Shown here piece after piece: positions 8,620-16,905 of a stretch of DNA of 64,000 nucleotides. The stretch covers positions 16,511 to 80,510 of the forward strand of contig DIMS01000056.1 of assembly GCA_002425685.1 (NCBI GenBank), given 5' to 3'. A model generated the notes under the pieces. It had not been told where the DNA came from. It was given only the letters and a program-made list of their open reading frames with translations, and ran no database searches. Source of the DNA: Synergistaceae bacterium UBA5560. Lineage in GTDB: Bacteria > Synergistota > Synergistia > Synergistales > Aminiphilaceae. Position 1 is the stretch's first letter, and each line of letters opens with the position of its first letter. Both the position numbers and the translations under genes were made by a program.

Positions 8620-9357
8620 TCACAGGATCCATTTGCGGCGGATGTTCCGAAGGCTCGCCGCGAAGAGCCCGATGCAGAAGGCGCCGAGGATGGTGAAGTC
8701 CAGCGAATAGGACATGGTGTTGGTTCCCGAGACGGCACCATGGAGAAGATCCGCACCGTAAGTGAGGGGAAGTGCGTAGGACAGGGGGCGGAGAAAAAGG
8801 GGCAACCGCTCCAGGGGAACGAAGAGGCCGCAGAGGAAGAGCATGGGAAAACGGAAAAAGTTGGAAAAAGTCTGGGCCTCGAAGACCTCTCGCACGGCAA
8901 CGGCGATGAAGAGCCCGAAGAAGGTGGAGACCACGGCGAGAAGGAGTACTGTGGGAGCGAAGATGCCCCACGCGACGGGGGGGAGAGTGATGAAAAAGCC
9001 CGCGAGAAGCACGGGGACGAAGGCACCCGCCACGCCGAAGAGGACCGCCCCTGCTGTCTTGGCGAGCATGAGCAGCTCAAGGGAGATGGGCGCCAGAAGG
9101 AGCCGGTCGAAGGCGCGCTCTTTCTTTTCGAAGGTCACCGTCACGGCCAGCATGGAGGTGCTGCCGAAGAGAACGGACACGGCCACGACGCCGGGCAGGA
9201 CGGAGGGGAGATCCTCCATGCCCCTGCCGGAGCGCAGGAAGAACATGCCCGTCCAGGCGAGAGGAAAGAGAATTCCCCAGCTGATGTTGGGCGGTTTCAG
9301 GTAATAGGCCCGCATGTCCTTGACGAGGATGTTCCAGAAGGCGATCCACTGCTTCAT
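8620..9357 (-). CDS. ABC-2 type transporter permease
   Basis: 245 aa with six predicted TM segments, in the ABC-2 family. Overlaps the upstream ATPase gene by 4 nt. Confidence 0.75.
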   Translation of the reverse strand: MKQWIAFWNILVKDMRAYYLKPPNISWGILFPLAWTGMFFLRSGRGMEDLPSVLPGVVAVSVLFGSTSMLAVTVTFEKKERAFDRLLLAPISLELLMLAKTAGAVLFGVAGAFVPVLLAGFFITLPPVAWGIFAPTVLLLAVVSTFFGLFIAVAVREVFEAQTFSNFFRFPMLFLCGLFVPLERLPLFLRPLSYALPLTYGADLLHGAVSGTNTMSYSLDFTILGAFCIGLFAASLRNIRRKWIL

Positions 9358-10337
9358 GACGTTCCCCCCTTCGCTCCCGATTTCTCCTTTTCCCGGTGCA
9401 GTGCATCCGCCTCGATGCCCGTGATCTCCACGAAGACATCCTCAAGGGAGGGGCGGAGCCGTACCGCTTCGAGCACCTGGGCGCCGTGTTCTTCCAGAAG
9501 GCGCACGAGGGGACCGATGGCAACGGGCTGGTCCGCCTCGACGAGAAGCATGTCCTCGGCGGGACAGGAAAAGGTCAGATCGGGAAAGACTGGTGGAAGG
9601 ATGTCGACAACCTCTCCGGAAAGACCGCCGCAGCAAACCCGCAGGCGATGCCGCTTTTGGAGAGGCGTGAGGAGGTGCTCCACCGAGTCGATGCGGATGA
9701 TGCGCCCTTTTACCAGAAAGGCGATGCGGTCGCAGAGGCGCTCCGCCTCCTCGATGTAGTGGGTTGTGAGAAAAAGGGTCGTTCCGTCGCGATGGAGATC
9801 CGCCAGAATGCGACGGATCTGCCGGGCGCTGGCTACGTCGATTCCCGTGGTGGGTTCGTCGAGAAAGAGGATTTCCGGTTTGTGGAGAAGCCCCGCAGCG
9901 ATGGTGAGTTTGCGTTTCATTCCTTTGGAATAGCCTCCGAAGAGGCGATGCCCCGCCTCGGCGAGGCCGAAGATCTCCAGGAGCTCTCCGGCACGGTGTC
10001 GGCGCTCCGTCTTGCCCATGCCGTAGAGCGCACCGCAGAAGGCGAGGTTGTCGAATCCGGACAGTTCCGGATAGAGATTGCTCTCGTCGGAGACGACGCC
10101 GAGAAGGTGCTGGGCGGCCTTGGGGTTTCGTGTACAGTCGAGTCCGCCCACTCGGATCGTTCCAGCGTCAGGGCGCGCAAGCCCCGTGAGAAGGTTGATG
10201 GTGGTCGTCTTTCCCGCTCCGTTGGGGCCGAGGAAGCCGAAAAATTCACCCCGGCGGACCGAGAAGGACACGTCCGCCAGGGCCTGTACGTCTCCGAATC
10301 GCTTGCGCAGCCCTGAGGCGACCAGAACGTCCGTCAT
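9354..10337 (-). CDS. ABC transporter ATP-binding protein (ABC-2 exporter partner)
   Basis: ORF 9354-10424 trimmed to the ATG at 10337 (MTDVLVASGLRKRFGDV...). Walker [13 protein letters not shown] signature LSGGMKRKL, Walker B ILFLDEPTTG. The ATG overlaps the stop of the small upstream ORF (TGATG). Confidence 0.85.
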   Translation of the reverse strand: MTDVLVASGLRKRFGDVQALADVSFSVRRGEFFGFLGPNGAGKTTTINLLTGLARPDAGTIRVGGLDCTRNPKAAQHLLGVVSDESNLYPELSGFDNLAFCGALYGMGKTERRHRAGELLEIFGLAEAGHRLFGGYSKGMKRKLTIAAGLLHKPEILFLDEPTTGIDVASARQIRRILADLHRDGTTLFLTTHYIEEAERLCDRIAFLVKGRIIRIDSVEHLLTPLQKRHRLRVCCGGLSGEVVDILPPVFPDLTFSCPAEDMLLVEADQPVAIGPLVRLLEEHGAQVLEAVRLRPSLEDVFVEITGIEADALHREKEKSGAKGGTS

Positions 10338-10489
10338 CACGAAAGGGGCTTTTCGTCCTCGTTGCAGATACAGGGATGGGGCTTTTCGTCGCCGTGACAC
10401 TCCCGTATCCGTTCGGGCGAACATTCTCCGGGCTTGCCCTTCAGATGCTCAGGTTTTCTGCAGCAGCATTCCTTCTCACACATGGTCAT
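10337..10489 (-). CDS. Small Cys-rich metallothionein-like protein (50 aa: MTMCEKECCCRKPEHLKGKPGECSPERIRECHGDEKPHPCICNEDEKPLS)
   Basis: Not in the ORF table because it is under 60 aa. Its ATG overlaps the arsR stop (ATGA) and its stop overlaps the ABC ATPase start (TGATG). It has 8 Cys and 3 His in 50 residues, with a CCC triplet and a C-I-C motif. The internal DNA repeat GACGAAAAGCCCC encodes DEKP twice. It lies in an ArsR/SmtB-regulated operon. Confidence 0.55.
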   Translation of the reverse strand: MTMCEKECCCRKPEHLKGKPGECSPERIRECHGDEKPHPCICNEDEKPLS

Positions 10490-10848
10490 TCTCCTTTCCC
10501 GAGGGGGTTGCCCTCATCAAGTGCTTTTTGCGCCGTTGAGACGGCGATGCCGTAATGTCCCTCTTCCGGAGGAGCTGCGCCGAAAAGTTCGAGTGCCGTG
10601 CCCCGCCATGCCGCTAGCGTCTCCTCGTTGATGGCGTAATGGACGAAATAGCCGCGCTTGTCCGCCCGGACGAGCGCAGCGGCCCGAAGGATCCGCAGAT
10701 GTTGGGACACCGCCGCGGGGGTGATGGACAAAGCTCGGGCGAGGGCGTTGACGCAGAGCGGACGCTGTCTGAGAAGGGCGATCATCCGCACCCTTGTCTC
10801 CACGGAAAGCACTTTGAAAAGAGCGGCCAATTCCTCCGGAGTCGTCAT
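10486..10848 (-). CDS. ArsR/SmtB-family metalloregulatory transcriptional repressor
   Basis: 120 aa with a winged HTH (LCVNALARALSITPAAVSQHLRIL). RBS AAAGGAGG. Confidence 0.85.
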   Translation of the reverse strand: MTTPEELAALFKVLSVETRVRMIALLRQRPLCVNALARALSITPAAVSQHLRILRAAALVRADKRGYFVHYAINEETLAAWRGTALELFGAAPPEEGHYGIAVSTAQKALDEGNPLGKGE

Positions 10849-10863
10849 GGTGCCTCCTTTTTA

Positions 10864-10890
10864 TTTAAGTATCAACGCAGATACTTTAAA
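10864..10890. promoter_or_regulatory. Candidate ArsR operator: imperfect 10-6-10 palindrome TTTAAGTATC-aacgca-GATACTTTAAA
   Basis: An AT-rich inverted repeat 16-42 nt upstream of the arsR start codon. It overlaps the likely -10 region. This is the typical ArsR/SmtB autoregulatory arrangement. Confidence 0.45.
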
Positions 10891-10998
10891 TCTCCTCTCT
10901 TCATCTGTCAAGGAGGGTGATGAGGTTCGCATTCGCGCTCTTCCCAATTGAAGGACGCACAGAAGCCTTTTTTTACGAACGAACCGAGAGAGTCAAGC

Positions 10999-11036
10999 AA
11001 AAAGGCCCCGAGGCCGGAAAGCCCGGACTCGGAGCC
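10999..11036 (-). terminator. Putative intrinsic terminator for the NapH-like gene (imperfect 10-bp stem, loop AAAG, then UUUUUG on the minus strand)
   Basis: GGCTCCGAGTCCGGGC-ttt-CCGGCCTCGGGGCC followed by TTTTTGC on the minus strand. It lies 240 nt after the stop codon. Confidence 0.4.
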
Positions 11037-11272
11037 TGCGTTCATCTCCATGTGGACACGTAAAATTTCTTGAGCGCTTCGGAAGACCAAGGATAGATCG
11101 ATAACACACAAGATCTCTCGCACAAGTGCGAGGAACGGATCAAAGGGACTTGATCGTCCCCCCTCATTTTTTGCATGTCATGCCTTCCGAGAGAAGAAGG
11201 AAGAAGGTGCGTCTCATCGTTGCCGGACGAACAACATACGGCTGCGGTCTGGCTCGGCTCGAATTCCGGCGT

Positions 11273-12682
11273 TCATCGCTTCAGCAGCCGCGACACGGCG
11301 TCCCGGATCTCCTGAACTTCCTTTCCAGATTCCACCGCCAACTCCTTGAGCGGACGGTCGAGGGAGGATTCTTGCGGCCAGTGTGCCTCGGCGAGGATGG
11401 CTGCGGGGTCGAGTCCGAAGGTGGACCCTACGTCGAGAAGGGTCATGGAACCCCGGATGCTGTCAGGGCTTGACGGAGGAGTGGAGGTACTTCCGGGTTG
11501 TCCCGTAGTTTGTCCCTGCGAGGTTTCCCTGGACTCCAGGGAGGTGAAATAGGCGACGAGAGCATTCTTGACGGCCTCGTCGTTCACGCCGTCGAGTTTT
11601 TTCATGGACACGTCCCTGGGAGTGTCGTCGGGAAGTTCCGCTAGGGCGAGAACCTGTTCCACCGGCAGTCCGACGGTTTTTGCCGCCTGCTCGAAGGTCA
11701 TCCAGCCGAAGACGCCCTCCACGGAACGGACCCCCGTGAGCGTACCCTCCGGCGGCGCGTAGAAGGTCGCCCAGTGTCCCGTCACTTTTGCGGTGCCGTA
11801 GGCACCAAAGAAAAAGAAAAGCCCCACGAGTCCCACCGTCAGGGTGGAAAAACGGCAGGGCGGTTTTTCCGGCTTTCCGGGAGCGGCGAATTCCAGCGTG
11901 CGCGGAACAGGACAGGCGGCGATGCAGCGCCCGCAGGCAATGCATTCGCTGCTCACAGTTCGGACCGTTGTCATCGGATCGAGACGCACCGGGCAGGTCC
12001 ACGTGCAGGCGGCGCAGGAGATGCATGTCGTCTCGTTCCGCTGGATCTTGGCGAGTCCGAGTTTCTGGAGCGGAGCCAGGAGTGCGCCGAGGGGACAGAG
12101 GTAGCGGCACCAGAAACGCTCGATCCAAAGAGAGGCGAGGAGCACGGCTCCGAAGAGGACTCCGTAGGCCCAGGGGCGCTCGAGAACACCCGCCCACCCT
12201 TCCGTGGCATGCATGGCCGCCACCCAGGGATCGACATCGCGCCAGGCGAGCGATCCTGTGCGCCAGGCAAGTCCCACCACGACCGCGAGAACAAGGTATT
12301 TCAGCGCACGCAGTGAACGATCCACTGCCTCGGGAAGTTCCCTGCGCCGGATGCCCAGCCTTCTTCCCAGGGTCGCGCTCCACTCTCCCAGGGTGCCGAG
12401 GGGGCAGATCCAGCCGCAGAAGACACGCCCCACGAGAAGTCCTCCCAGCACGATTCCAGCGAGGAGGACCAAGGTGCTCGGGGCAGTGCGGCGGAGCCAG
12501 TCTCCGGAGGTAAAAACGCTGTACAGGCTCTCGACGAAGCCGAGGGGGCAATAGGCATCCACACTCCCCACTCCCTTGGGGCCACCCCCTAGAACCTGAT
12601 GACGCCATCCAATCCACATGAGAAAGGCGAAAAAGCTCCCCTGTACGGCGTAGCGAAGCCATTGGGTCCGTTTCTCCGTCAT
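11273..12682 (-). CDS. NapH/NosR-like membrane polyferredoxin (CX3CP motifs plus two 4Fe-4S ferredoxin motifs) with a novel duplicated C-terminal domain
   Basis: ORF 11273-12763 trimmed to the ATG at 12682 after GAGGAGGAAAACGACA. Motifs CGWICPLG and CRYLCPLG (CX3CP) plus CISCAACTWTCP and CIACGRCIAACP. The C-terminal 170 aa hold two about 45-aa repeats (GLPVEQVLALAELP... / GLDPAAILAEAHWP...) separated by a Ser/Thr/Pro linker. Confidence 0.75.
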   Translation of the reverse strand: MTEKRTQWLRYAVQGSFFAFLMWIGWRHQVLGGGPKGVGSVDAYCPLGFVESLYSVFTSGDWLRRTAPSTLVLLAGIVLGGLLVGRVFCGWICPLGTLGEWSATLGRRLGIRRRELPEAVDRSLRALKYLVLAVVVGLAWRTGSLAWRDVDPWVAAMHATEGWAGVLERPWAYGVLFGAVLLASLWIERFWCRYLCPLGALLAPLQKLGLAKIQRNETTCISCAACTWTCPVRLDPMTTVRTVSSECIACGRCIAACPVPRTLEFAAPGKPEKPPCRFSTLTVGLVGLFFFFGAYGTAKVTGHWATFYAPPEGTLTGVRSVEGVFGWMTFEQAAKTVGLPVEQVLALAELPDDTPRDVSMKKLDGVNDEAVKNALVAYFTSLESRETSQGQTTGQPGSTSTPPSSPDSIRGSMTLLDVGSTFGLDPAAILAEAHWPQESSLDRPLKELAVESGKEVQEIRDAVSRLLKR

Positions 12683-12861
12683 TGTCGTTTTCCTCCTCTC
12701 AATGTTTCTTCTTATCAGCACTATGCTATTTCGGAGGTAATACATGCCTTTGTTTTTAAGCATACTCCTCTGGGGAACGCGAGAACAGGGGGAAACACTC
12801 TAATTCCGTGTTACAATAAATGATATTCCATATCATTTGACGTGCGGCGAGGTGACGCTCC

Positions 12862-14034
12862 ATGGCGATCTATCTGAACAATGCGGCCACCACCTGGCCC
12901 AAGCCACCCGAAGTGGCCGAGGCCGTGACGGCTTTTCTCGTCGAAGGGGGGGCGAATTTGGCGAGGGGAAGTGCCTCCAAGCGCGATCTGGGCACACTGG
13001 ATCTGGTGACTACCTGCCGCGAGGAGCTGGCTTCCTTTTTCGGCGGCTACGAAAAGGGCGATCCGCGGTACGTGACCTTCACGGGAAACGTGACGGAAGC
13101 CCTGAATCTGGTTCTCAAGGGGTTCTGCAAGCCTGGCATGACGGTGCTCACCACTTCCATGGAGCACAACGCGGTGATCCGCCCTCTGCGACGGCTTCAG
13201 GAGGAGCGCGGCCTGGAGGTGAACGTCCTTCCCTGCGACGACGAGGGATTTCTTCGCCTCGAAGAGCTGGAGTACCGCCTCGGCGAGGGGGCGGACCTGA
13301 TGGTGCTGAGTCACGCGAGCAACGTCTGCGGCGCCGTGCAGGACCTGGAGGAGGTGGCATCCCTCTGTTTCCGGAACGGAGTGCCTTTGGTGCTCGATGC
13401 GGCCCAGACGGGGGGCGAAACTCCCCTTTCGGCGTCGTCGCTGAACCTGGCGGCTCTCTGTTTTACCGGACACAAGAGTCTGTTGGGACCTCCGGGCGTC
13501 GGGGGTGTGGTCTGGCGACCGGACTTCGCCCGGGAAGTCCTTCCCCTGCTGGACGGAGGAACGGGGAGCTTCTCCGCGGAGGAGCGGCAGCCCCTTGTGC
13601 TTCCGGACAAGTTCGAGGCGGGAACGCCGAACCTGCTGGGGGTGGCGGGGCTTCTCGCGGCGCTGCGGGAGGTACGGGGCGATGCCATGGCGGCCCGGAG
13701 GGCCCGGAAGAAAGACCTCGGAGAGATGCTGCGGCAGGAGCTGACGCGGATTCCCGGATGTCGCATCGCCGGAGGCGGGAACGACCCGGAGCGGCGGTTG
13801 TCCGTGGTGGCCCTCAACGTGGACGGATGGGACAACGGCACCCTCGCCTTCGAGCTCGCGGAGCGGTGGGGCATCGAAACCCGTCCCGGTCTCCACTGCG
13901 CTCCCCTGGCGCATCGGACGCTGGGGACCTTTCCGGGAGGGGCATTGCGCCTCTCCCCGGGGGTCTTTACCGAGGAGAGGGAGCTGCGGGTCTGCCTTGA
14001 GGGGCTGGCGACTCTTGCGAAGGAGCGACGCTGA
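12862..14034 (+). CDS. Class V aminotransferase-fold PLP enzyme, SufS/CsdA-like cysteine desulfurase
   Basis: 390 aa. PLP lysine in FTGHKSLLGP. Active-site Cys loop RPGLHCAPLAHR, as in group II cysteine desulfurases. Confidence 0.8.
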   Translation: MAIYLNNAATTWPKPPEVAEAVTAFLVEGGANLARGSASKRDLGTLDLVTTCREELASFFGGYEKGDPRYVTFTGNVTEALNLVLKGFCKPGMTVLTTSMEHNAVIRPLRRLQEERGLEVNVLPCDDEGFLRLEELEYRLGEGADLMVLSHASNVCGAVQDLEEVASLCFRNGVPLVLDAAQTGGETPLSASSLNLAALCFTGHKSLLGPPGVGGVVWRPDFAREVLPLLDGGTGSFSAEERQPLVLPDKFEAGTPNLLGVAGLLAALREVRGDAMAARRARKKDLGEMLRQELTRIPGCRIAGGGNDPERRLSVVALNVDGWDNGTLAFELAERWGIETRPGLHCAPLAHRTLGTFPGGALRLSPGVFTEERELRVCLEGLATLAKERR

Positions 14035-14106
14035 CGGAGTGGAACTGCAAAGGAGGTTTTCTCCGGAAAGCGGATTCCGATCCTGGAAAAAAGAGGAAGC
14101 GCAGTG

Positions 14107-14155
14107 CACACATCCCGTCCGGGGAGATCTTTCCGGACGGGATGTGTCTTTTCAG
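14107..14155. terminator. Bidirectional intrinsic terminator (16-bp stem CACACATCCCGTCCGG/CCGGACGGGATGTGTC)
   Basis: Perfect 16-bp stem. TTTT follows on the plus strand. On the minus strand it abuts the Cof-like stop codon, with a T6 run 14 nt further. It separates convergent genes. Confidence 0.6.
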
Positions 14156-14979
14156 CAGTTTTCCAGGACGTAGCGCTCCAGAGCGAGGGCGACGCCGTCC
14201 TCGTCATTGGATGTCGTCACCGCGTCGGCGGCATCTTTGAGGGATTGTCTGGCGTTTTCCATGGCCACGCGGAACCCCGCAGCCTCGAAGAGCTGCAGGT
14301 CGTTCTCCGAATCGCCGATGGCGAGGATCTCCTCCCGGGAGACGCCGAGGCGTTTGGCGAGGAGTGCCAGGGATTTTCCTTTGTTCACCTCCGGAGAGGC
14401 CATGTCCAGAAAGAGCGGATTGGAAATGGCCGCGAAAAGGCGATCCCCGAAATGGGCCTTCACGCTGTCCCGCATGAGAAGGATCTGCTCCTCGTCGTCG
14501 GCGATGGCCAGGAGCTTTGTGGGTGCATCCTGGGGAACATAGAGTTCGAAGCCGAGGGGAACGGGGTCGGTGAAGGCGAGGTTGCCGTAATACCGGGATT
14601 TGTCGTTCTCCGTGTCCACGTAGAGCACGTCCCGGATGTAGCTTTGGATGTACCAGTGCCGCTCCCGGAAAAAGCGAAGAACTTCCTTGGCGAGCGCGAG
14701 ATCCATGGGATGATGGAAGATGGTTTCTCCAGTTCGGGCTGTGCGGATCAGTGCGCCGTTGTAGGTGATGAGCGGCGCGTCGAGCCCGAGAGTCTCCGCC
14801 ACGGGCGAGGTGGAACGGAACATGCGCCCCGTGGCGATGGTGAGCGTGACTCCCGCCTCGCCGCAGGCCCGGGCGGCGGCGAGGGTACGGGAGGAGACGG
14901 TATTGTCCGACCGGAGGAGCGTGCCGTCCAGATCGATGGCGACAAGTTTGTACTTTTGGGATGTGCATGCGTGGGTCAT
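14152..14979 (-). CDS. Cof-type HAD-IIB family phosphatase
   Basis: ORF 14152-15024 trimmed to the ATG at 14979 (MTHACTSQKYKLVAIDLDGTLL) after AAGGAGG. HAD motif I DLDGTL and a C-terminal GDSENDLQLF motif. Confidence 0.8.
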   Translation of the reverse strand: MTHACTSQKYKLVAIDLDGTLLRSDNTVSSRTLAAARACGEAGVTLTIATGRMFRSTSPVAETLGLDAPLITYNGALIRTARTGETIFHHPMDLALAKEVLRFFRERHWYIQSYIRDVLYVDTENDKSRYYGNLAFTDPVPLGFELYVPQDAPTKLLAIADDEEQILLMRDSVKAHFGDRLFAAISNPLFLDMASPEVNKGKSLALLAKRLGVSREEILAIGDSENDLQLFEAAGFRVAMENARQSLKDAADAVTTSNDEDGVALALERYVLENC

Positions 14980-15036
14980 GAAAGTCCTCCTTGGATTGCG
15001 TCGACGCCCTTTCCGGATGTACACACACCGCCGCTC

Positions 15037-15074
15037 CGGTGAAACCTCACCGGAGCGGCGGTGGACGAGAGAAG
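15037..15074. other. 15-bp perfect GC stem-loop between ilvD and the Cof-like gene
   Basis: ACCGCCGCTCCGGTG-aaacct-CACCGGAGCGGCGGT. On the minus strand it is followed by GUGUGUACAUCC, a poor U tract. It may be a weak terminator or an RNA stability element. Confidence 0.3.
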
Positions 15075-15129
15075 GGGTTCTCGTCGAACGCGGACCGAAA
15101 TGATTACATCAAGTGTACTCTTTTTTCGT

Positions 15130-16791
15130 TCATAACTCCAGTACCGCCCCGCGGGCACCGCTGGTGACGAAATGACGGTAGCGGTTGAGGAAGGGGCTGT
15201 CCACGGGCTGCAGCTTTGGTGTCCAGGATGCCCTGCGGACGGCGAGTGCTTCTTCGGAGACGAGCAGTTCGAGCGTTCTCGCCGGAATGTCGATCCGGAT
15301 GCGGTCTCCGTCCTTCACGAGGGCGATGGGACCGCCCGCCGCCGCTTCGGGGGAGATGTGCCCGGTGCAGGAACCCCGGGTGGCGCCGGAAAAGCGTCCG
15401 TCGGTGAGAAGGGCCACGCTCTTGTCGAGTCCCATGCCCGCCAGGGCGGAGGTGGGGGTGAGCATCTCCCGCATGCCCGGCCCTCCCTTGGGGCCTTCGC
15501 AGCGGATGACCACCACGTCGCCGGAGCGGATCTCCCCTTTCAGAATCGCCTGCGTGACCTCGTCCTCGGAGTCGAAGACCCGGGCGGGGCCCTCGTGGCG
15601 GAGCATTTCCGGGGCCACGGCGGACTGCTTCACCACCGCGCCGTCGGGGGCGAGGTTCCCCTTGAGGATGGCGATGCCCCCCTCGGCGTGATAGGGGTCG
15701 CTCAGGGGGCGGATCACCGTGGGATCCAGCACCCGTGCGTTCACCACGTTTTCGCCGCAGGTGCGCCCCGTGACGGTGAGGCATTCGCCGGAGATCTTTC
15801 CCGCCGCGAGGAGCTGTGCCATGACCGCCTGGACTCCTCCCGCGGCGGCGAGGTCCTGAATGTGATGGGATCCGCCGGGGCTCATGCTGCAGATGTGGGG
15901 GACGATGCGGCCGATCTCGTCGAAGCGTTCGAGAGGAAGGGTCACATCCGCAGCCCAGGCGATGGCGGGAAGGTGCAGCGCCGTGTTCGTGGAGCCTCCG
16001 AGGGCCATATCCACGGCGACGGCATTGTCGAAGGCGTCTTTTGTCAGAATGTCCCTGGGGCGGATGTTCCGCTCCACCAGCGTCATGACGGCGAGCCCCG
16101 CATCCTTGGCGAGGCGCTCCCGGGCGGCGGTGACGGCGGGAATGGTGCCGTTGCCGGGAAGGGCGAGCCCCAGTGCCTCCATCATGCAGTTCATGGTGTT
16201 GGCGGTGAACATGCCCGCGCAGGAGCCGCATCCGGGGCAGGCGCAGTTCTCGATCTCTTCCAGCTCTTCGGCGGTCATGCGTCCCGCCGCGTGCTTTCCC
16301 ACGGCCTCGAAGACGTTGGAGAGGTCGATGTCGCGCCCGCCGTGGCGTCCCGCCATCATGGGGCCGCCGCTCACGATGAGGGAGGGAATGTTGAGTTTCG
16401 CTGCCGCCATGGCCATGCCGGGAATGATCTTGTCGCAGTTCGTGACCATCACGAGGGCGTCCAGAGCGTGTCCCTGCACCATCACCTCGATGGAGTCCAT
16501 GATGAGTTCCCGGCTCGCCAGGGAGAATTTCATTCCGATGTGGTTCATGGCGATGCCGTCGCAGACGCCGATCACGGGGAATTCGAGAGGAAGCCCGCCT
16601 GCGGCGTAGACACCGGCCTTGACGGCCTCGACGAGACGTTCCAGGTGAACGTGGCCGGGAATGATGGAGTTGTAGGCGTTCACCACCCCGATCCAGGGAC
16701 GGCGGATTTCCCAGTCCGTGTAGCCCGCCGCCTTCATGAGCGAGCGGTGCGGTGTCCGATGGGGCCCTTGTTTTGCGAGATCACTGCGCAT
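15130..16791 (-). CDS. ilvD: Dihydroxy-acid dehydratase
   Basis: 553 aa. Canonical IlvD sequence (e.g. ...[15 protein letters not shown]..., CDGIAMNH, Cys ligands). RBS AAGGGGGA. Confidence 0.9.
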   Translation of the reverse strand: MRSDLAKQGPHRTPHRSLMKAAGYTDWEIRRPWIGVVNAYNSIIPGHVHLERLVEAVKAGVYAAGGLPLEFPVIGVCDGIAMNHIGMKFSLASRELIMDSIEVMVQGHALDALVMVTNCDKIIPGMAMAAAKLNIPSLIVSGGPMMAGRHGGRDIDLSNVFEAVGKHAAGRMTAEELEEIENCACPGCGSCAGMFTANTMNCMMEALGLALPGNGTIPAVTAARERLAKDAGLAVMTLVERNIRPRDILTKDAFDNAVAVDMALGGSTNTALHLPAIAWAADVTLPLERFDEIGRIVPHICSMSPGGSHHIQDLAAAGGVQAVMAQLLAAGKISGECLTVTGRTCGENVVNARVLDPTVIRPLSDPYHAEGGIAILKGNLAPDGAVVKQSAVAPEMLRHEGPARVFDSEDEVTQAILKGEIRSGDVVVIRCEGPKGGPGMREMLTPTSALAGMGLDKSVALLTDGRFSGATRGSCTGHISPEAAAGGPIALVKDGDRIRIDIPARTLELLVSEEALAVRRASWTPKLQPVDSPFLNRYRHFVTSGARGAVLEL

Positions 16792-16905
16792 GTCCGTTTC
16801 CCCCTTTGCAATGTGTAGAACGAGATTCCCCCAAGCCCCTGCCGCCCGTGCAGCCCCTGCCTTTTCCGCGAAAGAATGAGCGGTTGCCTCCTCCGGACTG
16901 CGCGG

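Noticed and set aside
10341-10390. Direct repeat GGGGCTTTTCGTC x2 that might suggest a repeat element or CRISPR-like spacer
   Set aside because: There are only two copies. Both lie inside the 50-codon Cys-rich ORF, where they encode the duplicated DEKP motif.
11140-11180. Plus-strand hairpin GGGAC-ttgatc-GTCCC followed by TTTTTT in the NapH-like 3' region
   Set aside because: The stem is only 5 bp. No plus-strand gene ends nearby. The stronger minus-strand terminator candidate is at 10999-11036.
12744-12803. 19-codon plus-strand ORF (MPLFLSILLWGTREQGETL) with a GGAGGT RBS in the NapH / SufS divergent region
   Set aside because: It is too short and low-information to support. It may be a chance ORF in an AT-rich promoter region. 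No downstream regulatory structure links it to sufS.
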